Part shown: in pieces, positions 23,072-32,661 of the stretch
How positions within the stretch are numbered: position 1 is the stretch's first letter
Layout: every line of letters starts with the position of its first letter
The notes under the pieces: model-generated
Seen by the model: the letters and a program-made list of their open reading frames with translations, nothing else
Told to the model about the DNA's origin: nothing
The model's database searches: none
Position numbers and translations under genes: made by a program
Origin: a virus
Reading direction: 5' to 3' (one strand)
Virus record (IMG/VR): IMGVR_UViG_3300035536_000005
Length of the DNA: 38,403 nt

Positions 23072-24862
23072 TTAATATGTCCAACTATAATCCGAGCGTG
23101 ATATTTGTAGTGCTTCAGTTTCCTTCTTAATCAAATCATACGGTTGTTTGTCAATTAACACACCTGTACCTACTTGTTCTGTCGCTCTAAATCCACCTAT
23201 CCAGCCAAAGTGTGTTATATTTTCATTAGCACTATTAGGACCAAGATAAGTTAGTGTATCAACTCTATCAGCTGTGTTAACATCCTGCTGTGTCCTCTCC
23301 TGCCTACCCAGTTCTGTATCGCCGTTAAACCAAGCTATGTGTGTTACCCTATGCTGTGGCTCAAAGTTGGGCGTATATGTGCCATCTGCCTGCCATGTAC
23401 CATCAGCTTTCAACTTCCTAAATATATTAGGATTTTCAGCGAATGTCCAAGTTTTGCTGAAGTCTATAGGGATAATTAATATTTCACTTTCGCCTATTCC
23501 TTCGCTGATAACCAATTCAGCACGTTTTGTTAATTCCATGAAAAATTCTTCCCAAGTTTTGTGCTTGGGTCCTTTGACAGCTTCAATGTCATAGAATATT
23601 TGACCATTCTCATCAAAAGTATTGGTGCGTGTTATTAGTAGTTTTTCACCTTGATTAATTCCCATATTAGTGAGATTATTAACTGTGATAAGTTGTCCCG
23701 CTTTCAGTCCACTTCTTCTAGTCTGAAATTTAAGTCGCTTGCTGTCAACTCCATATTTTTCAATCCTGCTGTTGCCTATTTCAATTGCAGCTTCTCTACC
23801 TTCAACATTCCCAACTGTTATAGCGTCCTCAACTATTCCAGATGTGCCATCAATGTCAGCTTGTTTGCTTATCAGATTAGGGTCATAAGTTTGTGCTACA
23901 ATCTTAAACTGCCCAATAAATGTACATCTAACTCTATCATTGCTGGTTAATCTACTTTCAGCGTTATCGTGTGTGATAATATCAGACTCTTTTTCCCAGT
24001 ACCACTGGAAGCCATCATCTACACCTTTTCTGCCAACAGTTTGGGATTGCCAAGTACCGCCATTAATACTAATTTCAATAGTCGGCTCCTCTGCGATTGG
24101 AAAACTAACAGGGAAAGCTTTTTTATCACCATCTCCACGCTCAACATCAACTTGCTGTTCTGTGATACCAATTGGGCCTTTGACAAGTTGTTGATTGCGA
24201 TAGAGTGGATTGCCCGTCTTAGCAGTCGGCAGCCCTCTAATATATTGTGGCTCTAACTGCCAATCCGCAGGCTCGCTATCTCTACTTTTGAAATGCAACA
24301 CTTTATCAGAGTCTATTTTCCACCAAAAGTTCATCTTATCTGCTACAGATGAAATTAATTGTTCTGTTGGCACAAAGTTAGCTCTAGTTTCAAGTATTTC
24401 TGTGCCATCTTCAATGGTATATTTAACATTGTTAACTTTAATTGATAGATTTTTAATCGAAGGTGTTGCAGATAAACTGCTAGAATACAGCTCAATTTTG
24501 AAATAGAAATTGTGATTAAGTGGAATGGATGGTATTGATAACATTTTACCACCATTGCTGACTTCTTCCCAGTTTGAACCTTCATATTTAACATACACTT
24601 TTATATTTGTGCCAGCTGGTTTATTTTCATCCCACTTGATAATATTTTCAGTAACTTTTTTCTCTGTTGTAATATAGATAGCAGGAGATATTCTTTCAGC
24701 AAAATGGGCATAACCACTTCCATAATTAATTCCAAAAATATAATTCAACAAATTAATACTTTCTGCTACATCATCAAAAGTTGTTGCATCGTCTAATATT
24801 CTGCTGTCATCTATAACTTGTGCATCATCATAAGTTGGTACTTTTGAAATTTGTAATGGCAA
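23072..24862 (-). CDS. Large tail-tip / baseplate structural protein (596 aa)
   Basis: ORF track. TTG start behind GGGGTGA. Called from size and position downstream of the tape measure. No enzymatic motif seen. Confidence 0.45.
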   Translation of the reverse strand: MPLQISKVPTYDDAQVIDDSRILDDATTFDDVAESINLLNYIFGINYGSGYAHFAERISPAIYITTEKKVTENIIKWDENKPAGTNIKVYVKYEGSNWEEVSNGGKMLSIPSIPLNHNFYFKIELYSSSLSATPSIKNLSIKVNNVKYTIEDGTEILETRANFVPTEQLISSVADKMNFWWKIDSDKVLHFKSRDSEPADWQLEPQYIRGLPTAKTGNPLYRNQQLVKGPIGITEQQVDVERGDGDKKAFPVSFPIAEEPTIEISINGGTWQSQTVGRKGVDDGFQWYWEKESDIITHDNAESRLTSNDRVRCTFIGQFKIVAQTYDPNLISKQADIDGTSGIVEDAITVGNVEGREAAIEIGNSRIEKYGVDSKRLKFQTRRSGLKAGQLITVNNLTNMGINQGEKLLITRTNTFDENGQIFYDIEAVKGPKHKTWEEFFMELTKRAELVISEGIGESEILIIPIDFSKTWTFAENPNIFRKLKADGTWQADGTYTPNFEPQHRVTHIAWFNGDTELGRQERTQQDVNTADRVDTLTYLGPNSANENITHFGWIGGFRATEQVGTGVLIDKQPYDLIKKETEALQISRSDYSWTY

Positions 24863-24867
24863 CTAAA

Positions 24868-24984
24868 TCACCCCAATCTACTTTCAACCTCAGCTTTGTA
24901 ATCTGGGTCTTTAATATCTGCAATTGCTATTTCACCATCATTGATTAATTTAATTAATATTTTAATTCGTTTCTCATCTAGCAT
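24868..24984 (-). CDS. XkdX-like small tail-module protein (38 aa)
   Basis: Hand translation gives MLDEKRIKILIKLINDGEIAIADIKDPDYKAEVESRLG. It resembles the short XkdX-type proteins found in fibre modules. Confidence 0.3.
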   Translation of the reverse strand: MLDEKRIKILIKLINDGEIAIADIKDPDYKAEVESRLG

Positions 24985-25352
24985 TAGATTAATCCCTCAC
25001 TTTCTAATATCATCTTATATGCGTCATTCATTTCTTTTTTATATTTTAAACCAGCAAGTGGATTGTTTAATCCTTCCGGAAAGTTTCCGTTTTCAACATA
25101 TTCTTTGACTTCAGCTTGAAAGCCTTGTGGAATATTCAACTCTGATATTTCCTGCAATCTGGCATCCTGTTCAGCAGAAAAAGTTATTTCTTCAAAACTC
25201 AAATTAGTCAAGTACTCGTGTTTTGCAACCATGTCCTCCCAGTGAGTTCTGAAATTAGCATAGTGAGTTTCTTCAACCCCTCTATTTTGCAAAGTTACTC
25301 GATAAGTGCAGGGGGTGTATTCTCCATTTTCATATATAATCAAATTAATCAC
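24984..25352 (-). CDS. Hypothetical tail-module protein (about 120 aa)
   Basis: ORF track. Non-ATG start (GTG/TTG) behind GAGAGG. Confidence 0.5.
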   Translation of the reverse strand: MINLIIYENGEYTPCTYRVTLQNRGVEETHYANFRTHWEDMVAKHEYLTNLSFEEITFSAEQDARLQEISELNIPQGFQAEVKEYVENGNFPEGLNNPLAGLKYKKEMNDAYKMILESEGLI

Positions 25353-25388
25353 CTCTCGTAAATGTATTTATTATAATATTCTTCTTTA

Positions 25389-26267
25389 TTAGTAGCTTCT
25401 TGATAATTTTAGTCTAGGGTGCCAACCGCGAGTGTAGTACACACCCGCCGAACCACTCGCATTCAGGAGCGACACACCACCATAACCGCGAGACACGCGC
25501 TGGGCCAGATCGATATCAGAACTTTCTTGACACCAGCTGTAACTTCCGTTACCAAATTTGTTATGTGTTATCAAATCTCCATCTGAAAAATTAATATTCC
25601 AACTGTTAACTGTCGGTACATATGCTGGATAATTCCAGTTATTTGCCAATGCCTTTTCGTGTATCGGCAGCATTAATGCATTCCATTCGTTTGCCGGTCC
25701 AATAGAACCTCTGTCAGCATCATTATAGCTGTTAAGTGGGTCAGAAGCTCCGCCTTTAAGCAGCGCAACCTCATATCTTAAGCCATTTACTGAAACACTT
25801 GCATCCTGTCTGGTTGCTGTTAGTGCAGAACCTGATGAGCTCGTCAAATTATGATGTTCGGCTCCCGCTTCTCCGGCAAGTAAACCATCGCCATATACAG
25901 CCCCTTGTAAATATAAGTGGTCCCAGCTGATTGTGTGCCTGATTGGTTTTTGAGGGACCATATATATTTCACCCTGAAAAGCAAACTTGAGCCAATTAGT
26001 ATTTGAAAATTGGCTAGTTCCTTGGGTAACGCCGACCGCAGTTGCTAGAGCGTCGCCAGTTATGAAATCATTCGCCGGCACTATTCCAAAAAAACCTGCA
26101 TCCATGGTTCCAAAGCTCAATGTATCTGGATTGCTTATATCTGATGTTGCTACCTCCGATTTAATTTCAGAAAGTAGTTGTAATGCTTCATCTGACTCTT
26201 GTATTCTCATTCCTTTATTTCCATCTGCAAAACTTTTGATTAATTCACTTAAAGGCCATGTAGCCAT
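25389..26267 (-). CDS. Tail-module protein with a lectin-like (CLec/DUF1566-like) C terminus; putative receptor-binding protein. Compositionally foreign.
   Basis: 292 aa. It is visibly GC-richer than its neighbours. The C terminus YSWCQESS...AQRVSRGYGGVSLLNASGSAGVYYTRGWHPRL resembles the RVxRGG...GFR scaffold. Confidence 0.45.
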   Translation of the reverse strand: MATWPLSELIKSFADGNKGMRIQESDEALQLLSEIKSEVATSDISNPDTLSFGTMDAGFFGIVPANDFITGDALATAVGVTQGTSQFSNTNWLKFAFQGEIYMVPQKPIRHTISWDHLYLQGAVYGDGLLAGEAGAEHHNLTSSSGSALTATRQDASVSVNGLRYEVALLKGGASDPLNSYNDADRGSIGPANEWNALMLPIHEKALANNWNYPAYVPTVNSWNINFSDGDLITHNKFGNGSYSWCQESSDIDLAQRVSRGYGGVSLLNASGSAGVYYTRGWHPRLKLSRSY

Positions 26268-26716
26268 TATTCTACCACCTCACATAGGTATAATTTTCCA
26301 TTATTTAAATTGTCGTTAAATTGTTCCTTTGAATAATATAGCACACCTTCATCAACAAGTTTTTGGTCAACTATATCCTTAATTATATCTCCTGCTAATT
26401 TATTCCTTGCTGCATAGCTTATACGCCTCTTGTCAGCTAGATAATGCATATCAATACATACTATATCATGCATATATGCATCAGCTTGCCTGCTTGATAA
26501 GGGGTACTTATCGCTAGTTTCAAGGAAACCTGCAAATATTTGCTCATCATTATTCTTGTCATCTATTATTGTAACAGGTTGACCTTTTTTGAAAGTATAT
26601 TCATTTTGCTTGTCGGGAATGGAAAATGAACAGGTGGCACGCATCTCAATAGTGTCCTCTGCTTGAAAAGTGTTAATTTTGATGCTGTAAGTTGTTCCAC
26701 CTATAATTGCTTTCAT
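26267..26716 (-). CDS. Tail component immediately downstream of the tape measure (distal-tail/hub-like, 149 aa)
   Basis: ORF track. Start/stop are coupled to both neighbours. The assignment is by position only. Confidence 0.4.
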   Translation of the reverse strand: MKAIIGGTTYSIKINTFQAEDTIEMRATCSFSIPDKQNEYTFKKGQPVTIIDDKNNDEQIFAGFLETSDKYPLSSRQADAYMHDIVCIDMHYLADKRRISYAARNKLAGDIIKDIVDQKLVDEGVLYYSKEQFNDNLNNGKLYLCEVVE

Positions 26717-29442
26717 TAGAAGCGCGCACCTCCTGTTATTCTAATTGTGTCTACTAAGGGTTGTTTCACGGCTTGTGCGATGGTTTTTCCATCTAAGTTA
26801 ACACTTATATTAGCTGTGCTGTATCCTCCACCACCAGAACCTCCACTTGAGCCTATAGGGGATACTGTTTCACCTGCTTGAGCGAGAATAAGCCTTTCTT
26901 GTCCTATTGGACCGGGTACTGTTCCTCCGTCGTGGAAAATACCACCAAAGAAATCACCGACTCCTAGAAGTCCGCCTCCACCGCCACCTGTAACGTATCC
27001 GAATACTTTTGAGGCAGCCATTTCAGCTAACTTATCCATAACTTTGTTCAACACATTTATCCACATATCGTGAAATGCTTCAGTAACGCTTTTTGTTCCC
27101 TGCAGAATTGAGGAAAAAGCATAAGCAAATCCAGTTTGGAGGAAACTTAATTCTTTTTCTGTGCGTTCCATTGATTTCTGATGATTTTCTTCCTCTAATT
27201 TATCTATTTCGTTTTGATAATACTGTTTAATAGCCCATTTAGCTTGTTCATTATTTTTATTTGCCTCTAATTCTCTATTCATTTTAAGAATTAACATTTC
27301 TTTTTCAGTCGCATTTTGTTCAATCAAGCGCGACATGTAATTTTTAGTTGCTTCATTACGTTGATTAATAGTTTGCTGTCGCATTTCTCTTATTTTCTTC
27401 TGTTTTTCTTGCTCAATTTTTACAAATTCATTCGCAAAATATTGTTCTACTGCTGCTGTATCTGCACCAATTTTATTTGCGTATTCTAAAGCCAACTTTT
27501 TCTGTTTTTCCAGTTTTTCTCTTACGGTTGCAGTTTGACCAAATAATTTCTCTTCCCATTTAGATTCAAATTTTTCAGCTTTTTGCATATCATTCCATAA
27601 TTTTTCTAGTCCACTTACTGCTTTATCTGTATTATCTTCAATACCTTTTTCTACGCCTTCTACAATGTTTCGACCGTATCCCATGAAAACTCGAGAAGGT
27701 GAATGAGCATCAATTGCTTCACCAAATTTATTAATCAAACTTCCAGCAAAGCCAGTTACGGTATCTACTGCACCTTTTGCTTTGTCAGTTATTCCTTTTT
27801 TAACACCTTCAACTATATTTCCGCCAGCTTCTTTCATTTTTTCTGGCAATTCATTAAATCCTTGTATAATTTTTTCTACCAATTCTTCAATTGCGGGTTT
27901 GATTATATTCTTCCAAGAGTTTTCTATAACTTTGACTAATGTGGCAAACATTCTTGACCCAATGTTACCTAATTCTTCACCAAAACCTTCAAAGTCACCT
28001 TGCATTAACTTTACTATTCCTTGAAATAAATCTCTAATATTATCAAGTTGCATATTAAATATATTTTTAATATTTTGCCACATTGCTTTTGAAGCTGAAA
28101 TTATATTTTCACCATAAGCTGACCAAAATTGTTTAGCCCAACCTACAAATATTGTTATAATTTGCTTAATGCTATCGAATATTTCTTGATAATCTGCCAT
28201 TACAGCATTAAGACTTTCGGAATTTTCGCTCACAAAACCTTCTACAAATGATTTAATTTGCTTGTATGCATCTATGCCCCAATAAATTGCATCTGAAACT
28301 CCAGAGAATACCGTTTCTGCCGTTGCTTGTATCTTTGGCATATTAGCAATAACCCAATCAGTCAAATCCTTCATGATAGGCATTAGTTGCTCTCCAACAG
28401 TAAGCCAAACTTCATTCATTCCAACCTGTATTCTTTCAAAATTTCTAGTTAGACTTTCTTCCATTTTCTTATATGCTTTATCAGTTGCACCACTAGCGCT
28501 ATTCATTTCTTCTAAATCGCCTTTAAACTTCTTGGCACCTTCACCTGTCAACGCAAGTGCTGCCTGCCCAGCTTCAATGCTACCAAACATATTACTAACA
28601 GTTGTGCCATTTTCTTTTGCAGCTTCTTCCATTAGTGACATTGCTTCCTGTAAATTTCCACCTTCGCTGATAAAGGTTTGGAAGTCAGTTCCAGCCACTT
28701 CGCTAAATGCTGTACCTGCTTTGCTACCTTCTTTTGATAACTCTGCCATTGCTTGCTTTAGTTGAGTTGTAGCCTTAGCAGTTGGTGTACCTTGTGAAGT
28801 CATTGTTGATAATGCTGCTGTTACATTACTAAATTCTATTCCCATGCTGGAAGCGATTGGTGCTACATCAGACATATTAGCTGATAATTCGCCAAAGGTT
28901 GTTTTACCTTGCTTGACAGCTGTGAACATCAAGTCACTTGCTTCTGCTGCTGATATATTTTCTTCACCGTAAGTATTAACTACAGAAGAAAGCACATCTA
29001 CAGAAGTTGTCAAATCGGTTACACCTGCTGTTGCTGCTTTTTGTGCTTCTTCCATAAAGTTAAACACATTATCTTTAGGAACTCCTGCTGAAATAGCTTG
29101 GTACAATGCTGGAGCTGCTTCATCTGTTGCAACTCCCATTTCATTGGAGAAGGCTCGCAAGTCATCGGACATTTGTTTCTGAGCTTCCTCGCTTGCTTTA
29201 GGCATTAATGTAAATACTTCATTCATCTGCTTATCAAAGTTAGCAAACTCTTTCACACCTTTAGCTGCTGCGCCTGCTAATGCTGCACCTGCTGCCGCTG
29301 CTCCCGCCACTGCCGCTGTACCGATACCGCCGAGCATTTTTGAAAACTTGCCAGTGTCTTTTTTAGCTGATGACATATCTTTTTTAAATTTTCTTGTATC
29401 TAGTTCTAACGTTTCATATAACTCTGCTACTTTTACAGCCAT
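26716..29442 (-). CDS. Tail tape measure protein
   Basis: 908 aa. It has an Ala/Gly-rich TM-like N-terminal segment, long helical repeats and a Gly-rich C terminus. It follows the frameshifted chaperone pair. Confidence 0.9.
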   Translation of the reverse strand: MAVKVAELYETLELDTRKFKKDMSSAKKDTGKFSKMLGGIGTAAVAGAAAAGAALAGAAAKGVKEFANFDKQMNEVFTLMPKASEEAQKQMSDDLRAFSNEMGVATDEAAPALYQAISAGVPKDNVFNFMEEAQKAATAGVTDLTTSVDVLSSVVNTYGEENISAAEASDLMFTAVKQGKTTFGELSANMSDVAPIASSMGIEFSNVTAALSTMTSQGTPTAKATTQLKQAMAELSKEGSKAGTAFSEVAGTDFQTFISEGGNLQEAMSLMEEAAKENGTTVSNMFGSIEAGQAALALTGEGAKKFKGDLEEMNSASGATDKAYKKMEESLTRNFERIQVGMNEVWLTVGEQLMPIMKDLTDWVIANMPKIQATAETVFSGVSDAIYWGIDAYKQIKSFVEGFVSENSESLNAVMADYQEIFDSIKQIITIFVGWAKQFWSAYGENIISASKAMWQNIKNIFNMQLDNIRDLFQGIVKLMQGDFEGFGEELGNIGSRMFATLVKVIENSWKNIIKPAIEELVEKIIQGFNELPEKMKEAGGNIVEGVKKGITDKAKGAVDTVTGFAGSLINKFGEAIDAHSPSRVFMGYGRNIVEGVEKGIEDNTDKAVSGLEKLWNDMQKAEKFESKWEEKLFGQTATVREKLEKQKKLALEYANKIGADTAAVEQYFANEFVKIEQEKQKKIREMRQQTINQRNEATKNYMSRLIEQNATEKEMLILKMNRELEANKNNEQAKWAIKQYYQNEIDKLEEENHQKSMERTEKELSFLQTGFAYAFSSILQGTKSVTEAFHDMWINVLNKVMDKLAEMAASKVFGYVTGGGGGGLLGVGDFFGGIFHDGGTVPGPIGQERLILAQAGETVSPIGSSGGSGGGGYSTANISVNLDGKTIAQAVKQPLVDTIRITGGARF

Positions 29443-29468
29443 GTTTCACCTACTTTCTATTAAGCTGT

Positions 29469-29696
29469 TTATAACATACTTAACAATTTACCTTCTTCAT
29501 CTTCTACTGGTTTTTCCCCATCAGCTCTGATTGACCTTGCAAGAGCGGAATCGGCTGACAATGACTTGAGTAAAACATTAAATTTCCTCCAAGTTAAATT
29601 ATCGGCTTCATCTATTAAATCTATTCTGTACTCTCGCAAAAAATCAGCTTCTATGAATCCCCATTTTTCTGCGATGGAGAATTTTGAGCGTTTTTT
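29469..29696 (-). CDS. C-terminal extension of the tail assembly chaperone, reached by a -1 frameshift (G-T-type fusion)
   Basis: The -1 frame is open from the slippery site to TAA 29471-29469. It reads KKRSKFSIAEKWGFIEADFLREYRIDLIDEADNLTWRKFNVLLKSLSADSALARSI... and has no start codon of its own. Confidence 0.75.
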   Translation of the reverse strand, partial: KKRSKFSIAEKWGFIEADFLREYRIDLIDEADNLTWRKFNVLLKSLSADSALARSIRADGEKPVEDEEGKLLSML

Positions 29697-30013
29697 GTAT
29701 CATCCTGTTCATCATCTTTACCATTATATTTATTCCACAATTCAGTAATCAGCCACTCTGATTCCTCAACTGTCATTCCTTTTTCAATTAAGTTGTCAAA
29801 TTGTTCTTCACCTATCATTGCCTGCAAACTTTTCTTAACCTGCTTAGCTGGCAATTCTTCAACTCCGCCTTCTTCCTGCATTTCTATAATATTCAATACA
29901 CTGGAAAGAGGAGGGGAAGGTAAAAGTTCTATATCTTCCCCGAATGCCTTAATTGTAATACCTTCTTTTTTTCTCTCTTTTCTAAACTGATCAAAATCTA
30001 TTGTTTTACTCAT
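29651..30013 (-). CDS. Tail assembly chaperone (G-like)
   Basis: 120 aa and acidic. It lies between the major tail and tape measure genes and contains the slippery site near its 3' end. Confidence 0.8.
   Translation of the reverse strand: MSKTIDFDQFRKERKKEGITIKAFGEDIELLPSPPLSSVLNIIEMQEEGGVEELPAKQVKKSLQAMIGEEQFDNLIEKGMTVEESEWLITELWNKYNGKDDEQDDTKNAQNSPSQKNGDS
29690..29696 (-). promoter_or_regulatory. -1 programmed ribosomal frameshift slippery heptamer A AAA AAC
   Basis: In the zero frame the sequence is ACA AAA AAC, 13 codons before the chaperone stop. The frame arithmetic was checked by hand. Confidence 0.7.
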
Positions 30014-30052
30014 AATCTATCCCTCCATTTTTTGTTATCTAAAGATTAATTA

Positions 30053-30502
30053 TTATACAACACTATTAGGGTCTACGTCTAGTGAAGCACCTGTTCTCTC
30101 AAACTCAAAACCCCAACTGGAAGGGTCATTGTTTCCTCCACCAATATCAGATAAGTTGAATGTACCATTAAGCCATTTTTCTCTGCCAGAATTATCGTGA
30201 ACTATGTGTAATGTGCTTTCTGCTGCTATTCCTACTGCATCTGATAGAGTTTCAACCTCTGCCTGTCCTGCATCTTGTACACCAGCTTCGTCATAATACT
30301 CATAACCTTCTGCTGAAATTGTTTTAGCCCGCTGTGTTGCTAAGTGTTCAGCCATTCCATTGCTATCAAAAGTGGTAGTGTCTGAACTTTCTTTCTCTGT
30401 TGAAATAGTTAATGTGTTAATACCCTTAACTTCAACATAAGCTGCACCGTCATAAACTTCAATCGTATAATTTCTTGCCAACACTTTATTATTTGCTGCC
30501 AT
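30053..30502 (-). CDS. Major tail protein
   Basis: 149 aa. It lies immediately upstream of the chaperone pair. There is no sheath gene, so this is a siphovirus-type tail. Confidence 0.65.
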   Translation of the reverse strand: MAANNKVLARNYTIEVYDGAAYVEVKGINTLTISTEKESSDTTTFDSNGMAEHLATQRAKTISAEGYEYYDEAGVQDAGQAEVETLSDAVGIAAESTLHIVHDNSGREKWLNGTFNLSDIGGGNNDPSSWGFEFERTGASLDVDPNSVV

Positions 30503-30516
30503 TTATTATTCACTCC

Positions 30517-30927
30517 TTATAATTTTTTAACTTCCATTTCAAAGTTAACCGAAAATCTGTGTCTGTTATTATCATCTGGGCCGATATATATTCCCTGTGG
30601 CTGTATAGCCTGACACTTAATTACATACCACTCGCCCGATGCTATCCATTTTTGTTCTCCTAAAACTCCTATTTCATCAACAATCTTTTCAATCAAACTT
30701 CTCGCTGTTCTCGGATCACGTGTGCCTCTAACCAAAACCTGCATTGTTGGCTCAAAATAATCTGTTAACCACATATCTCTTGGAAAACCACCTGTACCCT
30801 GTACCATTATAGCAATATCTGGTTCAGCTGGCATATTATCTTGAAATATATTGCCATTTATGCCAGTTTCGTCATAAGTTATGTCTGTTATACTGTTTGC
30901 CAGCCTTTGTATTACTTCATCTAGCAT
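30517..30927 (-). CDS. Tail completion / tail terminator-like protein
   Basis: 136 aa. Assigned by position, between the HK97 gp10-like protein and the major tail protein. Confidence 0.45.
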   Translation of the reverse strand: MLDEVIQRLANSITDITYDETGINGNIFQDNMPAEPDIAIMVQGTGGFPRDMWLTDYFEPTMQVLVRGTRDPRTARSLIEKIVDEIGVLGEQKWIASGEWYVIKCQAIQPQGIYIGPDDNNRHRFSVNFEMEVKKL

Positions 30928-30928
30928 A

Positions 30929-31339
30929 TTATCCCTTCTTCATTTCTTCTTTTATCCAACCTTCTATCTTTCCACTCATTGCTTTTGATGTAGTCTCAAG
31001 CCACTTGTTTTCTCTACCATTCCTGTAGTTTTTAGATACTTCGTGAGTTTCAACTGCATAAGGCGTGTTATATGAGATATAGAATATCGGCTTTTTGCGA
31101 AAATCAAATTTAAAATTATTTTTTGGCCATTGTTCATTTTCAGCTTGATTATACACAGTTTTTGGCATACCACTTAATCCATCTTGAGTTACAACTCCAC
31201 TTCGCTCAAGCGTTCCTGTATCGTGTGGTACTTTCTTATTAGCTTCTGTTAATATAGATTCTGCCGCACGCCAAGTAGCTCTACCTGCTTTTTCTAATTG
31301 TTCATCAACTACATCATCAAACCAATTAAACTTCGCCAT
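30929..31339 (-). CDS. HK97 gp10-like neck/tail-joining protein
   Basis: 136 aa. KVPHDTGTLERSG matches the vP-x-dTG-x-L-x-S motif of the HK97 gp10 family. Confidence 0.6.
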   Translation of the reverse strand: MAKFNWFDDVVDEQLEKAGRATWRAAESILTEANKKVPHDTGTLERSGVVTQDGLSGMPKTVYNQAENEQWPKNNFKFDFRKKPIFYISYNTPYAVETHEVSKNYRNGRENKWLETTSKAMSGKIEGWIKEEMKKG

Positions 31340-31347
31340 ATAATCAC

Positions 31348-31665
31348 CTACCTCAACATTATCTCTACATTTGATAAGTTGCCAGTTAGTGCATTGTCAT
31401 ATCTGTTGACTGCAATCACTTCTAATGGTTTGCTTGTCCATTCAAAGCTAACTTCTGATTGTTCTTTAGGTTTGATGTCAGCAGAAGTATGCAACTGTGA
31501 AGGTGATGTAATTTCATTTCCTTCCTCATCAAAGGTTATTTTTTTCTTATGCACAAAATAGCAGTCTATGTCATAAGTGTCGCCCCAAACAGGCCCATAA
31601 GCACCTTCGCCAAGATAAGGTTTAATAGTCGCTGTATGTGGTTGTGCTGATTTAGGTAACTTCAT
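31348..31665 (-). CDS. Head closure / head-tail adaptor protein
   Basis: 105 aa. Assigned by position in the connector module. Confidence 0.4.
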   Translation of the reverse strand: MKLPKSAQPHTATIKPYLGEGAYGPVWGDTYDIDCYFVHKKKITFDEEGNEITSPSQLHTSADIKPKEQSEVSFEWTSKPLEVIAVNRYDNALTGNLSNVEIMLR

Positions 31666-32015
31666 TGTAGACTCACACCTCTATACAGGTAACCTTCTAA
31701 CATTAATAATTGTCTTGCTCTGGGTGCTAACTCTGGAGGACCACCACCTGCATTTTGTCCTCTATTGCTCGCTGAAAAAGGACCAATACTTATTTCAGAG
31801 AAGAATTGTTGCGTATTAAACTCATCGAATTGACTCCACCATTCATACTGCCTCACAGTGGCTTTAGACGCTATTTCTCCGGCAGTTATCCTACCTAATG
31901 TGTAATAGTCTATCAAGTCGCTTGCTCTCTCTAATAAGCGTTCTACATCGTCTGGTAAGTTTGCTTCTGATACACCTAAATAATCAGCTAATTCTGTTAT
32001 CGTTGCATATGCCAT
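31662..32015 (-). CDS. gp6-like head-tail connector protein
   Basis: 117 aa. YATITELADYLGV...LPDDVERLLERASDLIDYY is typical of the gp6-like connector family. Confidence 0.6.
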   Translation of the reverse strand: MAYATITELADYLGVSEANLPDDVERLLERASDLIDYYTLGRITAGEIASKATVRQYEWWSQFDEFNTQQFFSEISIGPFSASNRGQNAGGGPPELAPRARQLLMLEGYLYRGVSLQ

Positions 32016-32057
32016 AATTTACACCTTCTTTCAAAATTAAAGTGTCGCATTATTACG

Positions 32058-32222
32058 CTATTCTTTTATTCTACTTACAGGAAAAACATTTATTTTCCCA
32101 GTTGCAACTCCGTCTTTCATTTTCCCAACTACAACTTCTTCACCTAAATAATCGTCATAATAAACATTTAGAACAATGTATTCTTGTAGCAAGCTACTTT
32201 TAATTACGTCTCCTTTTTTCAT
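32058..32222 (-). CDS. Hypothetical small protein (54 aa)
   Basis: Hand translation gives MKKGDVIKSSLLQEYIVLNVYYDDYLGEEVVVGKMKDGVATGKINVFPVSRIKE. It has an ATGA overlap with the upstream ORF. Confidence 0.4.
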   Translation of the reverse strand: MKKGDVIKSSLLQEYIVLNVYYDDYLGEEVVVGKMKDGVATGKINVFPVSRIKE

Positions 32223-32338
32223 TCTTCTATCTCCTCCACTAATTTTTGCAATCTAATATTTTCTTTTGTTAGTTTTTCAATAATTATTTTTTGTTTTTCT
32301 ATTAATTCTAAAAACTCCCAACCTATATCTTTTTTCAT
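32219..32338 (-). CDS. Hypothetical small coiled-coil protein (39 aa)
   Basis: Hand translation gives MKKDIGWEFLELIEKQKIIIEKLTKENIRLQKLVEEIEE. It has a TAATG overlap upstream. Confidence 0.35.
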   Translation of the reverse strand: MKKDIGWEFLELIEKQKIIIEKLTKENIRLQKLVEEIEE

Positions 32339-32556
32339 TAAATCATCATATCCATATTTTCATCTTCAGTTATTTCTATTTCTCTTACTTCTGATTTTAC
32401 AATTATTTCATTCTCATTTTCTATAATATTTGTAGTGAATACACCTTGATGAGTCTGGTCAAATTCATGATTTGTGTACTCTACAGGTTTAGCATTTTTG
32501 TGATTTTTGTTTACAATTTTAAGTTTCTCGTTTTCTATTATTCCGTATTTTTGCAT
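32338..32556 (-). CDS. Hypothetical protein (72 aa)
   Basis: ORF track. RBS is AAAGGTGGTGAG. Confidence 0.5.
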   Translation of the reverse strand: MQKYGIIENEKLKIVNKNHKNAKPVEYTNHEFDQTHQGVFTTNIIENENEIIVKSEVREIEITEDENMDMMI

Positions 32557-32661
32557 GTTTACTCACCACCTTTTTAGCTTCTTTCAAACTAACATAAGGT
32601 TTCATATGTTTTTGGTAGAAATTATAACTATCACTTCTTTTTATCCACCCCCAAACCCCCG

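Noticed and set aside
26716-26950. The Gly-rich C terminus of the tape measure protein (GGGGGLLGVGDFFGG...SSGGSGGGGY), considered as a possible lytic or variable domain.
   Set aside because: It is low-complexity glycine linker sequence with no catalytic motif. This is common in tape measure proteins.
32645-32661. The G-run CGGGGGTTTGGGGGTGG after the lectin-fold gene, considered as a G-quadruplex or a hairpin terminator.
   Set aside because: There are only two and a half G-tracts, no complementary C-run and no U-tract. I kept it only as a possible IMH-like feature of the VR-like segment.
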